A stretch of DNA of 64,000 bases from NCBI GenBank assembly GCA_963743575.1, contig CAVUQC010000008.1:19766-83765 (forward strand). The letters are read 5' to 3'. This stretch comes from an uncultured Solirubrobacterales bacterium. GTDB taxonomy: Bacteria; Actinomycetota; Thermoleophilia; Solirubrobacterales; 70-9. Position 1 is the first letter of the stretch. The number at the start of each line of letters is the position of its first letter. A model generated the notes under the pieces. It made no database searches, was not told where the DNA came from, and saw only the letters and a list, made by a program, of their open reading frames with translations. This document shows, piece after piece, positions 47,916 to 57,729 of the stretch. The position numbers and the translations under genes were made by a program.

Positions 47916-49880
47916 CTAGCCGGTCTCGGCGACGGGCCGCGCCCGCGAGAACCAGTGCCGCCGCTTCAGCCCTGCGGCCTCCTCGGCCTCTTCCCGCGAG
48001 CAGAGGTCCAGGTACAGCAGGGTTCGTCCCAGAGCCACGTAGGGCAATACCAGCCCGTAGATGACCGACGCGATCAGGTTGACGAGTACCGCCGAGAGGT
48101 TGAGGAAGATCAGGAAGAAGCCGAGCACTGGCCCGATGACCACCGCGATCACCGCGAGGATCGCGGTGACCACAAGCGCCCGCAGCCAGTGGCCACGGAC
48201 CCGGGCGTGGCTGCCGCGCAGCGACTCCCGGATCGAGCGGTCCTCGAACAGGATCTCCTGCTGAACGAACTGCCAGGCGACGTAGAAGTAGGCGGCAAAC
48301 GGGATTCCGATGACCGTGACGACCATCAGGGCCAGGAACAGGTAGACGAGCAGCTGGGCGCCGACGACGCGCCAGAGCTTGCCCCAGATCTCCCGGTAGT
48401 CCTCCCGGACCCCCGATTCCTTCCCCTGCTCCCGCCGGTGGACGAAGGCGACGACCGCTCCGGAGGCGAGCGCGGAACCGATCGGGTAGGCGAGGTTCCC
48501 GAACGAGCCGTTGAACTCGAGCGTCAGGCCGAACGGATGAATCTGGACCTCGCCGCTGCCGGCGAGCTGCGTGAAGATGTACTGCGCGCCCTGGATGGCC
48601 GCGAGGATCACAAATCCGCTCAGGGCGATCGCGAGCATCGTGCGCCAGTGCCGCCCATAGAGCTGCCGGGCGCCGCGGAGGAGCTGGCCGACGGTCCACT
48701 TGTGCCGGAGCGTGGTGATGTCAACCGGGCGCCAGCGCGTGAACAACGGCGGCACGACGAGTAGGAGGAGCAGGGCCAGCCCGAGGCCGATCGCCCCGAG
48801 GGTTGACTTGGCCTCCAGGTTGATGAACTCGGAGATGCCCTCGATCGCCCCACAGAAGGCTGTGCTGGCGGCCGGGCCGAGGACCGCTCCACCCGGCAGC
48901 CGCGGGCTGTCCCGGCGGATTCCGTCCATCCAGGTGAAGGGTCGGAGCCACTGCTTCTTGGTGGTCGGCCCCTGCGGGCCGTTGTTGAACCCCTTCTCCC
49001 GCTGGCCCCAGTGGCCCAGGAAGCCGAGCCACTGGAACTCGCCGCCGGGGGCAGCGGCCGTCGGGATGATCACGGGCTGCGGATCGGATCGGATGTTCGG
49101 CTCCTGGGTGTCGTCGCAACCGACGCCCGAGCCATTCGAGCCGTTCTGTATGTAGATCGCGTTGTCGTAGAAGGTGGCGTGAGAACCCGCCGCCGGGTAC
49201 ACGATCGGGTGCGTCCCGTCCTTCTGGACCTTGCCGTCGTCCCAATCGGCCCGCTCACCACCCGCGTGCTGGAAGAGAGCGATCTGGGAGGGGCCCTGCG
49301 CGAGCGCCTCGGCGGGGGTGTCGGCGTCGAAGGAGATCTGCATCCCCTCCCAGTCGCCCTCGTGCACGTCGTTGAACTGGTTGAAGTAGTAGAAGAACCA
49401 GTACTGGACGACGAGGCCCGGGTGGCCCGGCTCCGTTGCGATGTGCGCATAGGTGACCGCGGGCGCCTTGCCCTCATTCCTCAGGGCCTGAAAGTCCTTT
49501 GCGTAGCTGCCGCGAGCAGGGCACTTGATGCTGAGCGGGTCCCCGGGAAGGTCAAGGTAGTAGTCATCACCGAGCCGCGCGATGTCCGCGGCGGTAGGAC
49601 CCCGCTTGACGGGAACGTCCTTCCCTCCGACGTAATGGACCAGCGTCACGGCGGGGTTCCCGAGCACGACGTCCACCGTGGTCGGCGGGTTGTACTGCTC
49701 CTCCCTCGTGTTGCAGTTGTCGTCGGCCGTCTGCTCGCGAAGCATCAGGTGCGGCGCATAGGCAGCCACGAGCTGCTGCTGCGCGGGCGAGGTCGCAGCC
49801 ACGGCGGTTGCCGTGAGCACGAGCGAGGCGGACGCGGTGAGGACGAGGAGCGCCGCCAACCTTCCGGGTCGGCGCAACAC
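47916..49880 (-). CDS. secreted Vps62-like domain fused to a polytopic C-terminal membrane domain (hypothetical)
   Basis: 654 aa with a signal peptide, YWFFYYFNQFNDVHEGDWEGMQISF (Vps62/DUF946-like HxGDWE motif, recalled from memory), then about 6 TMs. Confidence 0.5.
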   Translation of the reverse strand: MLRRPGRLAALLVLTASASLVLTATAVAATSPAQQQLVAAYAPHLMLREQTADDNCNTREEQYNPPTTVDVVLGNPAVTLVHYVGGKDVPVKRGPTAADIARLGDDYYLDLPGDPLSIKCPARGSYAKDFQALRNEGKAPAVTYAHIATEPGHPGLVVQYWFFYYFNQFNDVHEGDWEGMQISFDADTPAEALAQGPSQIALFQHAGGERADWDDGKVQKDGTHPIVYPAAGSHATFYDNAIYIQNGSNGSGVGCDDTQEPNIRSDPQPVIIPTAAAPGGEFQWLGFLGHWGQREKGFNNGPQGPTTKKQWLRPFTWMDGIRRDSPRLPGGAVLGPAASTAFCGAIEGISEFINLEAKSTLGAIGLGLALLLLLVVPPLFTRWRPVDITTLRHKWTVGQLLRGARQLYGRHWRTMLAIALSGFVILAAIQGAQYIFTQLAGSGEVQIHPFGLTLEFNGSFGNLAYPIGSALASGAVVAFVHRREQGKESGVREDYREIWGKLWRVVGAQLLVYLFLALMVVTVIGIPFAAYFYVAWQFVQQEILFEDRSIRESLRGSHARVRGHWLRALVVTAILAVIAVVIGPVLGFFLIFLNLSAVLVNLIASVIYGLVLPYVALGRTLLYLDLCSREEAEEAAGLKRRHWFSRARPVAETG

Positions 49881-49921
49881 GGCGCCAACCTAACACGCCC
49901 CCCTGCGTCAAATCCAGCGGG

Positions 49922-50224
49922 CTACGCCTGATCGCCGACGCTGAAGTTGACCTGCTCGCCGACGACGGTCACGTCGAGTTCCTTGTCGTCGAGCATCACC
50001 GCGGCGCTCGGCTCGACGCAGACCGCGATCTCTTCACCCTGCACGATCTGATCATCGTGCGCCGGCTCATCCGTGACTGAGACCGCAAGGCCGGGGCCGG
50101 GCGCAAGCCCGTCCTGTCCCTGCGGGCTGATCCGGAACATCGAGCCGTCGGGGGCATCGGAAGCGGCGAGAATCCCGCGAATTGCCTGCGAGGCTTCGGG
50201 GGTGATCGTGAGCACGTGGCTCAC
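49922..50224 (-). CDS. HesB/IscA-like small protein lacking the Cys ligands (hypothetical)
   Basis: 100 aa. LTITPEASQAIRGIL...F.I......GL........DD..V....I.V.V......L....LD is a pattern typical of the IscA/HesB fold. The assignment is weak. Confidence 0.4.
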   Translation of the reverse strand: MSHVLTITPEASQAIRGILAASDAPDGSMFRISPQGQDGLAPGPGLAVSVTDEPAHDDQIVQGEEIAVCVEPSAAVMLDDKELDVTVVGEQVNFSVGDQA

Positions 50225-50282
50225 CTCCTCCTGTCGAGAACGTGAGCCTTGCCGTTACCCGGCTTCCCCTCAGGGAAACGAG

Positions 50283-50537
50283 CTAGTCGCCGGCGACGAC
50301 CGAGATCGTCCGGCCGCGGCGGCCGGTGCTGAACTGCACGACGCCGGGACGCGTCGCGAAGATCGAATGGTCTCGGCCGATGCCGACGCCGTCGCCGGGT
50401 CGGAAGCGGGTGCCGCGCTGGCGCACGATGATCTCCCCGCCGTTCACGGCCTGGCCGGCGAACACCTTGACGCCCAGGTACTTCGGGTTGGAGTCGCGGC
50501 CGTTCCGGCTCGATCCGAGTCCCTTCTTATGAGCCAT
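50283..50537 (-). CDS. rpmA: 50S ribosomal protein L27
   Basis: [24 protein letters not shown]... Confidence 0.95.
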   Translation of the reverse strand: MAHKKGLGSSRNGRDSNPKYLGVKVFAGQAVNGGEIIVRQRGTRFRPGDGVGIGRDHSIFATRPGVVQFSTGRRGRTISVVAGD

Positions 50538-50937
50538 CTGCGGCTTTCTCCTTCTTCTCGGCCGGCTTTGTCGCCGTCGAGGCGGCCGGCTTTCTGCTTG
50601 ATGCGGCGGCGGGTCTTGTGGCCGCCGACTTCATGCTGACGTCCGTGATCTCCAGCCGGGTCAGCTCGGAACGGTGCCCGGCGCGCTTGCGGTAGCCCTT
50701 CTTCGCCCGATACTTGAAGATCCGGATCTTGGGACCGCGCTCATGTCCGGCCACCTTGGCCTCGACCTTGACCTTCTCGAGGTCCTTGCCGAGCACCATC
50801 TCCTTGTCTCGAAAGGCGACCGGCCGCAGATCGACCTTGTCACCTTCCTTCGCGGTCAGGCGATCGACGAGGAGGGTCGAGCCCTTCTCGACGCGGTACT
50901 GCTTTCCGCCTGTCTCTATGACTGCGTAGCTGGCCAT
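50527..50937 (-). CDS. rplU: 50S ribosomal protein L21 with a ~30-aa basic C-terminal extension
   Basis: [19 protein letters not shown]... The tail is ...[14 protein letters not shown]. Confidence 0.93.
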   Translation of the reverse strand: MASYAVIETGGKQYRVEKGSTLLVDRLTAKEGDKVDLRPVAFRDKEMVLGKDLEKVKVEAKVAGHERGPKIRIFKYRAKKGYRKRAGHRSELTRLEITDVSMKSAATRPAAASSRKPAASTATKPAEKKEKAADGS

Positions 50938-50997
50938 GTCTCGTGTGCTTTCCTGATTCGGCGGCGGTGTTTGTGGCCGCCGTTTGTGGTGGTCTTT

Positions 50998-52875
50998 CTA
51001 GTCCTTGCTGCCGGCGCGGGACCGTCGCCTGCCGCCTCTGCTGCCGCGACGGCGGCGCCCGCTCGAGGCCGAGGATTCTAGCTTCTCGCCGGCATTTCCA
51101 TTGGCCCCCGGCTCCACCACGTTCCCATCGGAATCGAGCAGCGCGGCGGTCGCCGCGGAGCGCCCGACGCTCTCGATCCGCACCATCCTCTGCTCACCGA
51201 CATGGGGGCCGGCTCCGGTGACGCTGACGATGTAGGAATCGACGCGCGCGACGGCGTCGTCCACGTTGTACATGTGGGGCTCCTCGATGGAGACGAGCAC
51301 CTCCTCGCCCACCTGGAAGGGCAGCGCCCGCTGTTCGATCTCGTCGCGTCCACCTGTCTCGACCACGTGGAACGTGTCGAGCGAGAGGGCGTCTCCGCCC
51401 TCGAAGTGGAATCGCTTGCCGGTCTCCTCCTCGAGCTCCGTGAGGCCGGAGTCCGCCGAGAGCAGCTCCGCGGCCACCCGTGGGTTGACCCGGATCAGGT
51501 ACGCCTCAGGATCGGGCTGCTCCTCGACCAACTCCCCGAGCTTGCGCACGATCGTGATCGCGACTGTCTCCTCGGAGCTGACCACGCCCTCGCCGTCACA
51601 GGTCGGACAGCGCTTGGTGAGGATCTCGCGCACCCCGTCCGTGACGTTCTGCCTGGTCATCTCGACCAGGCCGAGCGGCGAGACCTCGACCACGTACGTC
51701 TTGGTCCGGTCCTCGTCGAGCGCGGTCCGCAGGGTCTTCAGGACCTGGTCGCGGTTGCGTGCCCGCGCCATGTCGATGAAGTCGATGACGATGATGCCGC
51801 CGATGTCGCGCATCCGCAACTGGCGCACGACCTCCTCGGCCGCCTCGACGTTCACCTTGGTGATCGTGTCCTCGAGCCGCCCCTTGCCCTTGCCGGTGAA
51901 GCTGCCGGTGTTGATGTCGATCACCGTCAGCGCCTCGGCGTAGTCGATCATGAGATAGCCACCCGAGGGGAGATCGACGCGGCGGCTGAGCACGGAGTCG
52001 AACGCCTTCTCGACGTCCCACTTCTCCAGCAGCGGCGGCTTGCCCTCGTAAAGCTCGACGCGCTCGGCGAGCTCCGGCGCGGTTCGCTGCAGGAACTTGG
52101 TGACCCGATCGTGCTGCTTGGGGTCGTCGATGATCGCGCCCTCGAACTCCTCGACGAGCACGTCGCGGACTACGCGAATCGAGAGATCGGCCTCCTGGAA
52201 GACCATCTGGCCGACCTCGGACTTCTCAGCCCGCTCCTGCACGACCTCGTCGAGTCGGTGCAGATAGGAGATCTCGCGGACGAAGTCCTCCTTCTTGGCG
52301 CCCTGGGCGGCGGTGCGAACGATCGCTCCGCCCTTGCCGATGTCCACCTTGTCGATCAGCTTGCGGAGCCGTGTCCGTTCGCCGTCGGGAAGGCGCTTGG
52401 AGACCCCGATGCCGCCGCCCTGCGGCATGTAGACGAGGTAGCGGCCCGCGATCGAGAGCTGCATGGAGAGGCGCGCCCCCTTGGTCTTCAGCGGGTCCTT
52501 GACGACCTGGACGATGATCTCCTGGCCGGGCTTGATCAGCTCGTCGATCCGGCGCCCTCGGCCGCGGCCCCGCTTGGGGACGGCCTTGCCGTCGGGGAGG
52601 ACGATCTCGTCGACGTGGAGGAAGCCGTTTCGCTCCAGTCCGATGTCGACGAACGCCGCCTCCATCCCGGGCAGGACGTTGTCGACCTTGCCCTTGTAGA
52701 CATTGCCGACGATCGAGCGGCGGCCGCGGCGCTCGACGTAGAGCTCGGCGACCTTCCATTCATTGGTTGGGGCAGCCTTCTTGGGGCGCTTGCCCTCCTT
52801 GGGGCTGCCCTTCGCCTCGAGCACGGCGACGCGTGTCTCACCGCTATCGACGCTGACCAGGATGTTCTTCTTCAT
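50998..52875 (-). CDS. rne: ribonuclease E/G family endoribonuclease
   Basis: ATG 52875 is preceded by AAAGGAAAC. Contains an S1 domain (NVYKGKVDNVLPGMEAAFVDIG), the catalytic core and an Arg-rich tail. It sits in the rne-rplU-rpmA-obg context. Confidence 0.9.
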   Translation of the reverse strand: MKKNILVSVDSGETRVAVLEAKGSPKEGKRPKKAAPTNEWKVAELYVERRGRRSIVGNVYKGKVDNVLPGMEAAFVDIGLERNGFLHVDEIVLPDGKAVPKRGRGRGRRIDELIKPGQEIIVQVVKDPLKTKGARLSMQLSIAGRYLVYMPQGGGIGVSKRLPDGERTRLRKLIDKVDIGKGGAIVRTAAQGAKKEDFVREISYLHRLDEVVQERAEKSEVGQMVFQEADLSIRVVRDVLVEEFEGAIIDDPKQHDRVTKFLQRTAPELAERVELYEGKPPLLEKWDVEKAFDSVLSRRVDLPSGGYLMIDYAEALTVIDINTGSFTGKGKGRLEDTITKVNVEAAEEVVRQLRMRDIGGIIVIDFIDMARARNRDQVLKTLRTALDEDRTKTYVVEVSPLGLVEMTRQNVTDGVREILTKRCPTCDGEGVVSSEETVAITIVRKLGELVEEQPDPEAYLIRVNPRVAAELLSADSGLTELEEETGKRFHFEGGDALSLDTFHVVETGGRDEIEQRALPFQVGEEVLVSIEEPHMYNVDDAVARVDSYIVSVTGAGPHVGEQRMVRIESVGRSAATAALLDSDGNVVEPGANGNAGEKLESSASSGRRRRGSRGGRRRSRAGSKD

Positions 52876-52911
52876 GTGTTTCCTTTCTGCGCGAGCGCAG
52901 CACCACAAACC

Positions 52912-52960
52912 GGGGTCAGGTCTTGCAGGGGCACGAAGTGCACGTGCAAGACCTGACCCC
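52912..52960 (-). promoter_or_regulatory. 16-bp perfect stem-loop in the rne 5' leader / downstream of rodA
   Basis: ggggtcaggtcttgca - 17-nt loop (with inner gcac/gtgc) - tgcaagacctgacccc. A second small hairpin ctgcgc..gcgcag lies at 52887-52900. No U-tract. Confidence 0.55.
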
Positions 52961-52990
52961 TGGTGTTGGTTTGGGTGTGCTTTAGCTGGC

Positions 52991-54193
52991 TCAGCGCAAC
53001 AGTGGGATAGGCGCCCTGCTACGTGCGCCGGAGCTGAGCCGCGCTTGTGCGTGGATGCTCTGTAGGAGCCCGATCGCCAGGAAGGTGGCGATCACCGAGG
53101 ATCCCCCGTAAGACATGAGGGGCAGGGTGATGCCGGTTACCGGCATGACGCCGAGGGTCATGCCCACGTTGACCAGAATCTGGAACATGAGCATGGCGGC
53201 GATGCCGCCGGCGATCAGGGTCCCGTACAAGTTCTTGGAGAGCGTCGGAATGCGCAGCATTCTCCAGATGAGCAGGGCGTATAGGGACAGTACGAATGCG
53301 GCTCCCAGGAAGCCGAAGCGCTCCCCGATGACGGCGAACACGAAGTCCGTGTGCCGCTCGGGAAGGAACAGGAGCTTGGTCTGAGTGGAGCTGTCTCCGC
53401 GTCCGGTCTTTTCGCCGGACCCGATGGCAGTCACGCTCTGGTTGACCTGATAGCTCGCGTCGCTTGGGTCGTTGCTGGGATGCAGAAATGCAGTCAACCG
53501 GTCCTGCTGATAGCCGTGAAGCGGGCTGGGCAGGCCGGTGGCCGGGGCAATGACGAGGACGAAGCTCACGGCCAATGCCGCGACGCCACCGATGATCGCG
53601 AAGTGCGACCACGGAACCCCGGCGAGGAAAAGAATGGTGAGTGTGATGGCCACGAGCACGATTCCCGTGCCGAGGTCGGGTTGCAGGAAGACGAGTCCGG
53701 CCGGGGCGAGGCCGAGCGCCAGGATGCGGAGGGTCTGGCGCGCGGGGGTGCCGCGGCGGGTGCGCTCGATCACGAACGCCGCGAGGGCGACGATGAGCAG
53801 CAGCTTGGCCAGCTCTGAGGGCTGGAACCGGAAGTAGGGAAGCTCGATCCAGCGGCGGGAGCCGCGCGCTGCGGCCCCGAACAGCAGGACGAGGCAGATC
53901 GAGCCGATCATCAACGAGTAGATGCCGACGCGGATCTCGCGGAAGCGCGAGTAGTCGATCTTGGCTACGGCGAACATGAGGGCGATGCCGATCAGTGCGT
54001 AGATCGCCTGCCGCATGGCGAAGAAGAGCGGCTGGCCGGGCACGTCGTTGGGCGTCGCAACCGCGAGCGTAAAGCAACTGAACGCGATCAGCGCCGCGGC
54101 AGCGCCGAACAGGACACCGTCGAAGTGGGCGATGCCGAAGCGCTCGCCGAGGCGAGCGCGAGTGGGTCTGAGCGTCAGGGGTGCTGCTTCCAT
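52991..54193 (-). CDS. rodA: SEDS glycosyltransferase RodA (copy a)
   Basis: ATG 54193 (MEAAPLTL...). Contains FQPSELAKL, LQPDLGTG, LPERHTDF and PLMSYGGSS. The track ORF carries a spurious 127-codon extension. Confidence 0.88.
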   Translation of the reverse strand: MEAAPLTLRPTRARLGERFGIAHFDGVLFGAAAALIAFSCFTLAVATPNDVPGQPLFFAMRQAIYALIGIALMFAVAKIDYSRFREIRVGIYSLMIGSICLVLLFGAAARGSRRWIELPYFRFQPSELAKLLLIVALAAFVIERTRRGTPARQTLRILALGLAPAGLVFLQPDLGTGIVLVAITLTILFLAGVPWSHFAIIGGVAALAVSFVLVIAPATGLPSPLHGYQQDRLTAFLHPSNDPSDASYQVNQSVTAIGSGEKTGRGDSSTQTKLLFLPERHTDFVFAVIGERFGFLGAAFVLSLYALLIWRMLRIPTLSKNLYGTLIAGGIAAMLMFQILVNVGMTLGVMPVTGITLPLMSYGGSSVIATFLAIGLLQSIHAQARLSSGARSRAPIPLLR

Positions 54194-54296
54194 TAGGCGA
54201 GGGTGCTCCGAGGCACAGCCGAGGAGCAACCCGTGTGATGGCGAAGCCGTCCTACCATCACATGGAGGGTAGACGTCAGGCGGGATCGTGCCGGCA

Positions 54297-56189
54297 TCAC
54301 TCGTGCGTACCGCCCTGCCCAGCCGAGCTCGAGCTGGCGGCCGGCGTGATCGGCAGGTGGAAGTAGTGCTCGAGGATGCGTGCGGCGACCGGGGCGGCGG
54401 TGTCTGCGCCGAACCCACCCCGTTCGAGGGTGACCGCGACCACGATCTGCGGGTTCTTGGCCGGCGCCAGGACGATGTACCAGGATTGGTCGGCCTGGTT
54501 CGGGCGCTGCGCCGTACCGGTCTTCCCGGCGACCTCGAACGGGAAATGCCCGAAGACCGGATAGGAGGTTCCACCCGGCTCCGTGGCGGCTCGCGTCAGC
54601 CCGGTCATGATCGTGTCCCTGGTCGTGGGCGAGATGTCCAGATGGCGCCTTGCCCCGGGTCGGATCTCCTCGATCACCCGGCCGGTGCCGCTCTCCACGT
54701 CGTTGCCGAGATGGGGCGTCACGACCGTCCCGCCGTTGCCGAGGGCCGCGTAGGCGACCGCCATCTGCAGCGGGTCGGCCTCCAGGTCGCCCTGGCCGAC
54801 GGCGAGGTTGATGTTGTCGCCGACCGTCCAGGGGCGATCGGTGAGGTGCTCGTGGTAGAGCCGGTTGCGCCAGGCCGGGTCCGGGATCAGCCCGTCGACC
54901 TCGGCCGGGAGGTCGATCCCCGTCTTCTCTCCGAGGCCGTAGTTGCGCGCCCAGTCCTGGATCATGCCGCCGCCCTTGGAGGCCTTGGCCTTCATGCCCA
55001 GGTTGTAGAAGTAGATGTCCGAGGAGACCTTGAGCGCATCGCTCATGTCGACCGGCCCGTTGATCGCATGTCCTGCGTTGTGCAGGACCTGGTTGTTATC
55101 GATCCTGAGCGAGCCGGTGTCGTTGAAGATCGTGTTCGGCGAGATCAGGTGGTCCTGCAGCGCGGCCGTCGCGGTGATCGGCTTGAAGGTGGAGCCCGTG
55201 GGATAAAGACCCTGGATCGCCCGGTTCGCGAGCGGGGCGTCGGTCTTCCTGGAGGTGAGCGCGTGGTACTGGCTCTGGGTGATCGGGTGGGTGAAGATCG
55301 ACGGGTCGAAGGTCGGCGCCGATCCCATCGCCAGGACGTCGCCGCTGTGCACGTTCATGGCGACGAAGGCCCCCGGGAGGCCGAAGGAGTCGAGTGCGCT
55401 CTCACCGTAGCTCTGCAGGCCCTGGTCGATCGTCAGCCTGACGTCGTCGCCGGCCTGGGCGGGTCGGCCGCTGAGCTGCTCGGTCGGGCGGCCGAGGGCG
55501 TCGACCTGGAGGCGATCGGTTCCGGCCCTGCCGCGCAGGAAGCGGTCGTACTCGTACTCGATGCCCGACTGGCCGACCGTGTCCCCCTGGCTGAGGCCCG
55601 CGTAGCGCGGCTCCTTGAGCTGCTGGGCTGTCACCTCGCCGACGTTGCCGAAGAGGTGGGCGCCGACGTCGCCATCCTTGTACTCGCGGGTGAAGACCCG
55701 CTGGACGCTGACTCCGGGGAAGCTCGACTGGTTCTCCCGCAGGTAATAGACCTTGTTGACCCCCAGCCCCTTCTTGACGACCACCGGGCCGCCAGGCGCG
55801 GCTCGCTCGGGATTCTGCAGCGCCTTGTGGAGCTCGACCCGCGTCATGCCCGTGACCATCGCGAGCTGATGCATCTCCCGCGAGCGGGTCGGACCGGGAT
55901 CGGGAAGGTCCTCGGGGCTCACCTCGATGGCGAGCTCGGTCCGGTTCGCGACCATCACCTTTCCGTTGCGGTCGAGGATGTCGCCGCGCGGCGCCTGGAC
56001 ACGGACCTCGCGGATCCGGTTGTCGTTGGCCTGGGTCCGATACTTGTCGCCGGAGAGGATCTGGACGTACCAGAGGCGCAGGAACAGCACGGCGAAGATC
56101 GCCACGGCGAGGCCGGTGATGATCGAGATCCGCAGGGCCAGAGGCGAGGTGCGCCTCTCCGGCTCCGACTCTGGTGTGCGCCTGTACAT
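54297..56189 (-). CDS. mrdA: penicillin-binding protein 2 (class B transpeptidase, copy a)
   Basis: N-terminal TM, SxxK (TGSTFKP), SxN-like VSSDIYF and KTGTA. Start is ATG 56189 (or 56249). Confidence 0.88.
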   Translation of the reverse strand: MYRRTPESEPERRTSPLALRISIITGLAVAIFAVLFLRLWYVQILSGDKYRTQANDNRIREVRVQAPRGDILDRNGKVMVANRTELAIEVSPEDLPDPGPTRSREMHQLAMVTGMTRVELHKALQNPERAAPGGPVVVKKGLGVNKVYYLRENQSSFPGVSVQRVFTREYKDGDVGAHLFGNVGEVTAQQLKEPRYAGLSQGDTVGQSGIEYEYDRFLRGRAGTDRLQVDALGRPTEQLSGRPAQAGDDVRLTIDQGLQSYGESALDSFGLPGAFVAMNVHSGDVLAMGSAPTFDPSIFTHPITQSQYHALTSRKTDAPLANRAIQGLYPTGSTFKPITATAALQDHLISPNTIFNDTGSLRIDNNQVLHNAGHAINGPVDMSDALKVSSDIYFYNLGMKAKASKGGGMIQDWARNYGLGEKTGIDLPAEVDGLIPDPAWRNRLYHEHLTDRPWTVGDNINLAVGQGDLEADPLQMAVAYAALGNGGTVVTPHLGNDVESGTGRVIEEIRPGARRHLDISPTTRDTIMTGLTRAATEPGGTSYPVFGHFPFEVAGKTGTAQRPNQADQSWYIVLAPAKNPQIVVAVTLERGGFGADTAAPVAARILEHYFHLPITPAASSSSAGQGGTHE

Positions 56190-56196
56190 CACGGCT

Positions 56197-56748
56197 CTAG
56201 GGCTCCACGGGCCGCGGCGCGGTCGTGCGCCTGGCCGCCTTCCGCTCATCGACGAGCGCGGAGCGCACCACCAGTCTGACGAGAAGTAGGACGGGAATCG
56301 CGAGAAGCGCTCCGATCAGGCTCTTGATCACCGCATCACGCACGACAATCGCGCTGACGTTGGCGTCGATCCCGGTGCCGACCTGGATCGCGGCGATCAC
56401 CAGGGCCCCCAGCAGGGTGAGCGCTCCGCCAAGCAGCGGCACGGCGCCGCGGGTCGGGCGCCCGACCGTCTCGCGGTAGCGGCCGGCCACGTAGCCGACG
56501 GAGAGCAGGGTCAGGGCGAACCCGCCGAGCGTCTGGAGCAGAAGGCAGTCGATCAGCAAGCCCATCGAGAACCCGACCACGGCGCCGGTGAGGCTGCCGC
56601 CGAGGACGCCGATCGAGAAGACCACGAGCAGCGCCACGTCCGGGCTCGATCCGAAGACGTCCATCTTGGAGAAGCAGACGACCTGGGCGATGGCGATGAA
56701 CCCGCAGAGGGCGACGAGCCGGGCGATGGTCCCGGGGGTCAGGATCAC
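56197..56748 (-). CDS. mreD: rod shape-determining protein MreD
   Basis: 183 aa, polytopic. It overlaps the mreC stop by 4 nt. The call rests mainly on position. Confidence 0.78.
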   Translation of the reverse strand: MILTPGTIARLVALCGFIAIAQVVCFSKMDVFGSSPDVALLVVFSIGVLGGSLTGAVVGFSMGLLIDCLLLQTLGGFALTLLSVGYVAGRYRETVGRPTRGAVPLLGGALTLLGALVIAAIQVGTGIDANVSAIVVRDAVIKSLIGALLAIPVLLLVRLVVRSALVDERKAARRTTAPRPVEP

Positions 56749-57614
56749 TTGGAGCCTCCGCTGTGCGTGGTCAGAACCTTGACGAAGTCCATGTCGCGAA
56801 GGTCGGCGAACGGCGCGAGGTGAACCCGCTGGTAGGCCTGCTGCTCCTCGACCGTCGCCTGCGTGATGTGGCCGATCGGGATTCCCGGCGGGAAGATCGA
56901 GCCGAGGGTGCCCGTGGAGAAGCCCGCGGTGACCACCATCTGCCCCTCGGCGATGTGCGAGCCGCGCTCCAAGAAGTCGAGCTGGAGGTCGTTCGGATTG
57001 CCGACGTTGGGCTCGACCACACCGGTTGCCCCGCTGGGTTGGACGCGCGCTGTGACGGCGCTGTCGGCGTCGGTGATCAGCGTCACCTGGGCGGTGTTCG
57101 AAGTGGTCTGCGTGACCTTGCCCGCGAGGCCCTGTGCGGCGACCACCGGATCGTCGATCCGGATGCCGTCGCCCGAGCCGTGATCGATCGTCACCGTCGA
57201 GTACCAGACCGTCGGCGAGCGGCCGACGACCCGAGCGGTCACCGGCGTCGTCCCGTCAGGAACGATCCCGCCGCTGGTCAGCTCGTTGAGAGCGCTCAGC
57301 TCCTTCGCCTCGGACTGCTGGGTCTGCTGGCGGGCGAGCTGGTTGCGCAAGGACGCCACCTGGTCCTCGAGCCGTGCCTTGTCGCCCCGCGCGTCGAAGG
57401 TCTCGTGGAACCAGTTGACCAGATCGCGCACCGGCTTGAGAGCGCGGTCCGTCACGCTCGTGACGGGCGAGAAGATGGTCGAGACGACGTTCTCCGCGCC
57501 ATGCAGCGGCCCACCGGAGCTTCCCTCGCGGTAATAGAGGCTGAGCAGTGTCAGTGAGGCGGCGACGAGCAGCAACAGCACCGCCCGTCGACGGCGCACC
57601 TGCTTGCGGTACAT
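56745..57614 (-). CDS. mreC: rod shape-determining protein MreC
   Basis: 289 aa with an N-terminal TM, a coiled coil (LEDQVASLRNQLARQQ) and beta-barrel domains (...VVTAGFSTGTLGSIFPPGIPIG). Confidence 0.9.
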   Translation of the reverse strand: MYRKQVRRRRAVLLLLVAASLTLLSLYYREGSSGGPLHGAENVVSTIFSPVTSVTDRALKPVRDLVNWFHETFDARGDKARLEDQVASLRNQLARQQTQQSEAKELSALNELTSGGIVPDGTTPVTARVVGRSPTVWYSTVTIDHGSGDGIRIDDPVVAAQGLAGKVTQTTSNTAQVTLITDADSAVTARVQPSGATGVVEPNVGNPNDLQLDFLERGSHIAEGQMVVTAGFSTGTLGSIFPPGIPIGHITQATVEEQQAYQRVHLAPFADLRDMDFVKVLTTHSGGSK

Positions 57615-57729
57615 GAATTCCTAGCTCTCAAGTTCTTTTAGGCAGGCCCCGGACCGGGTGCCTGCGCCCCACGCATTTGTAGCGCCTTGCTTCAACGACA
57701 CTGAAAGAGTTCCCCCTACCTGCATATCT

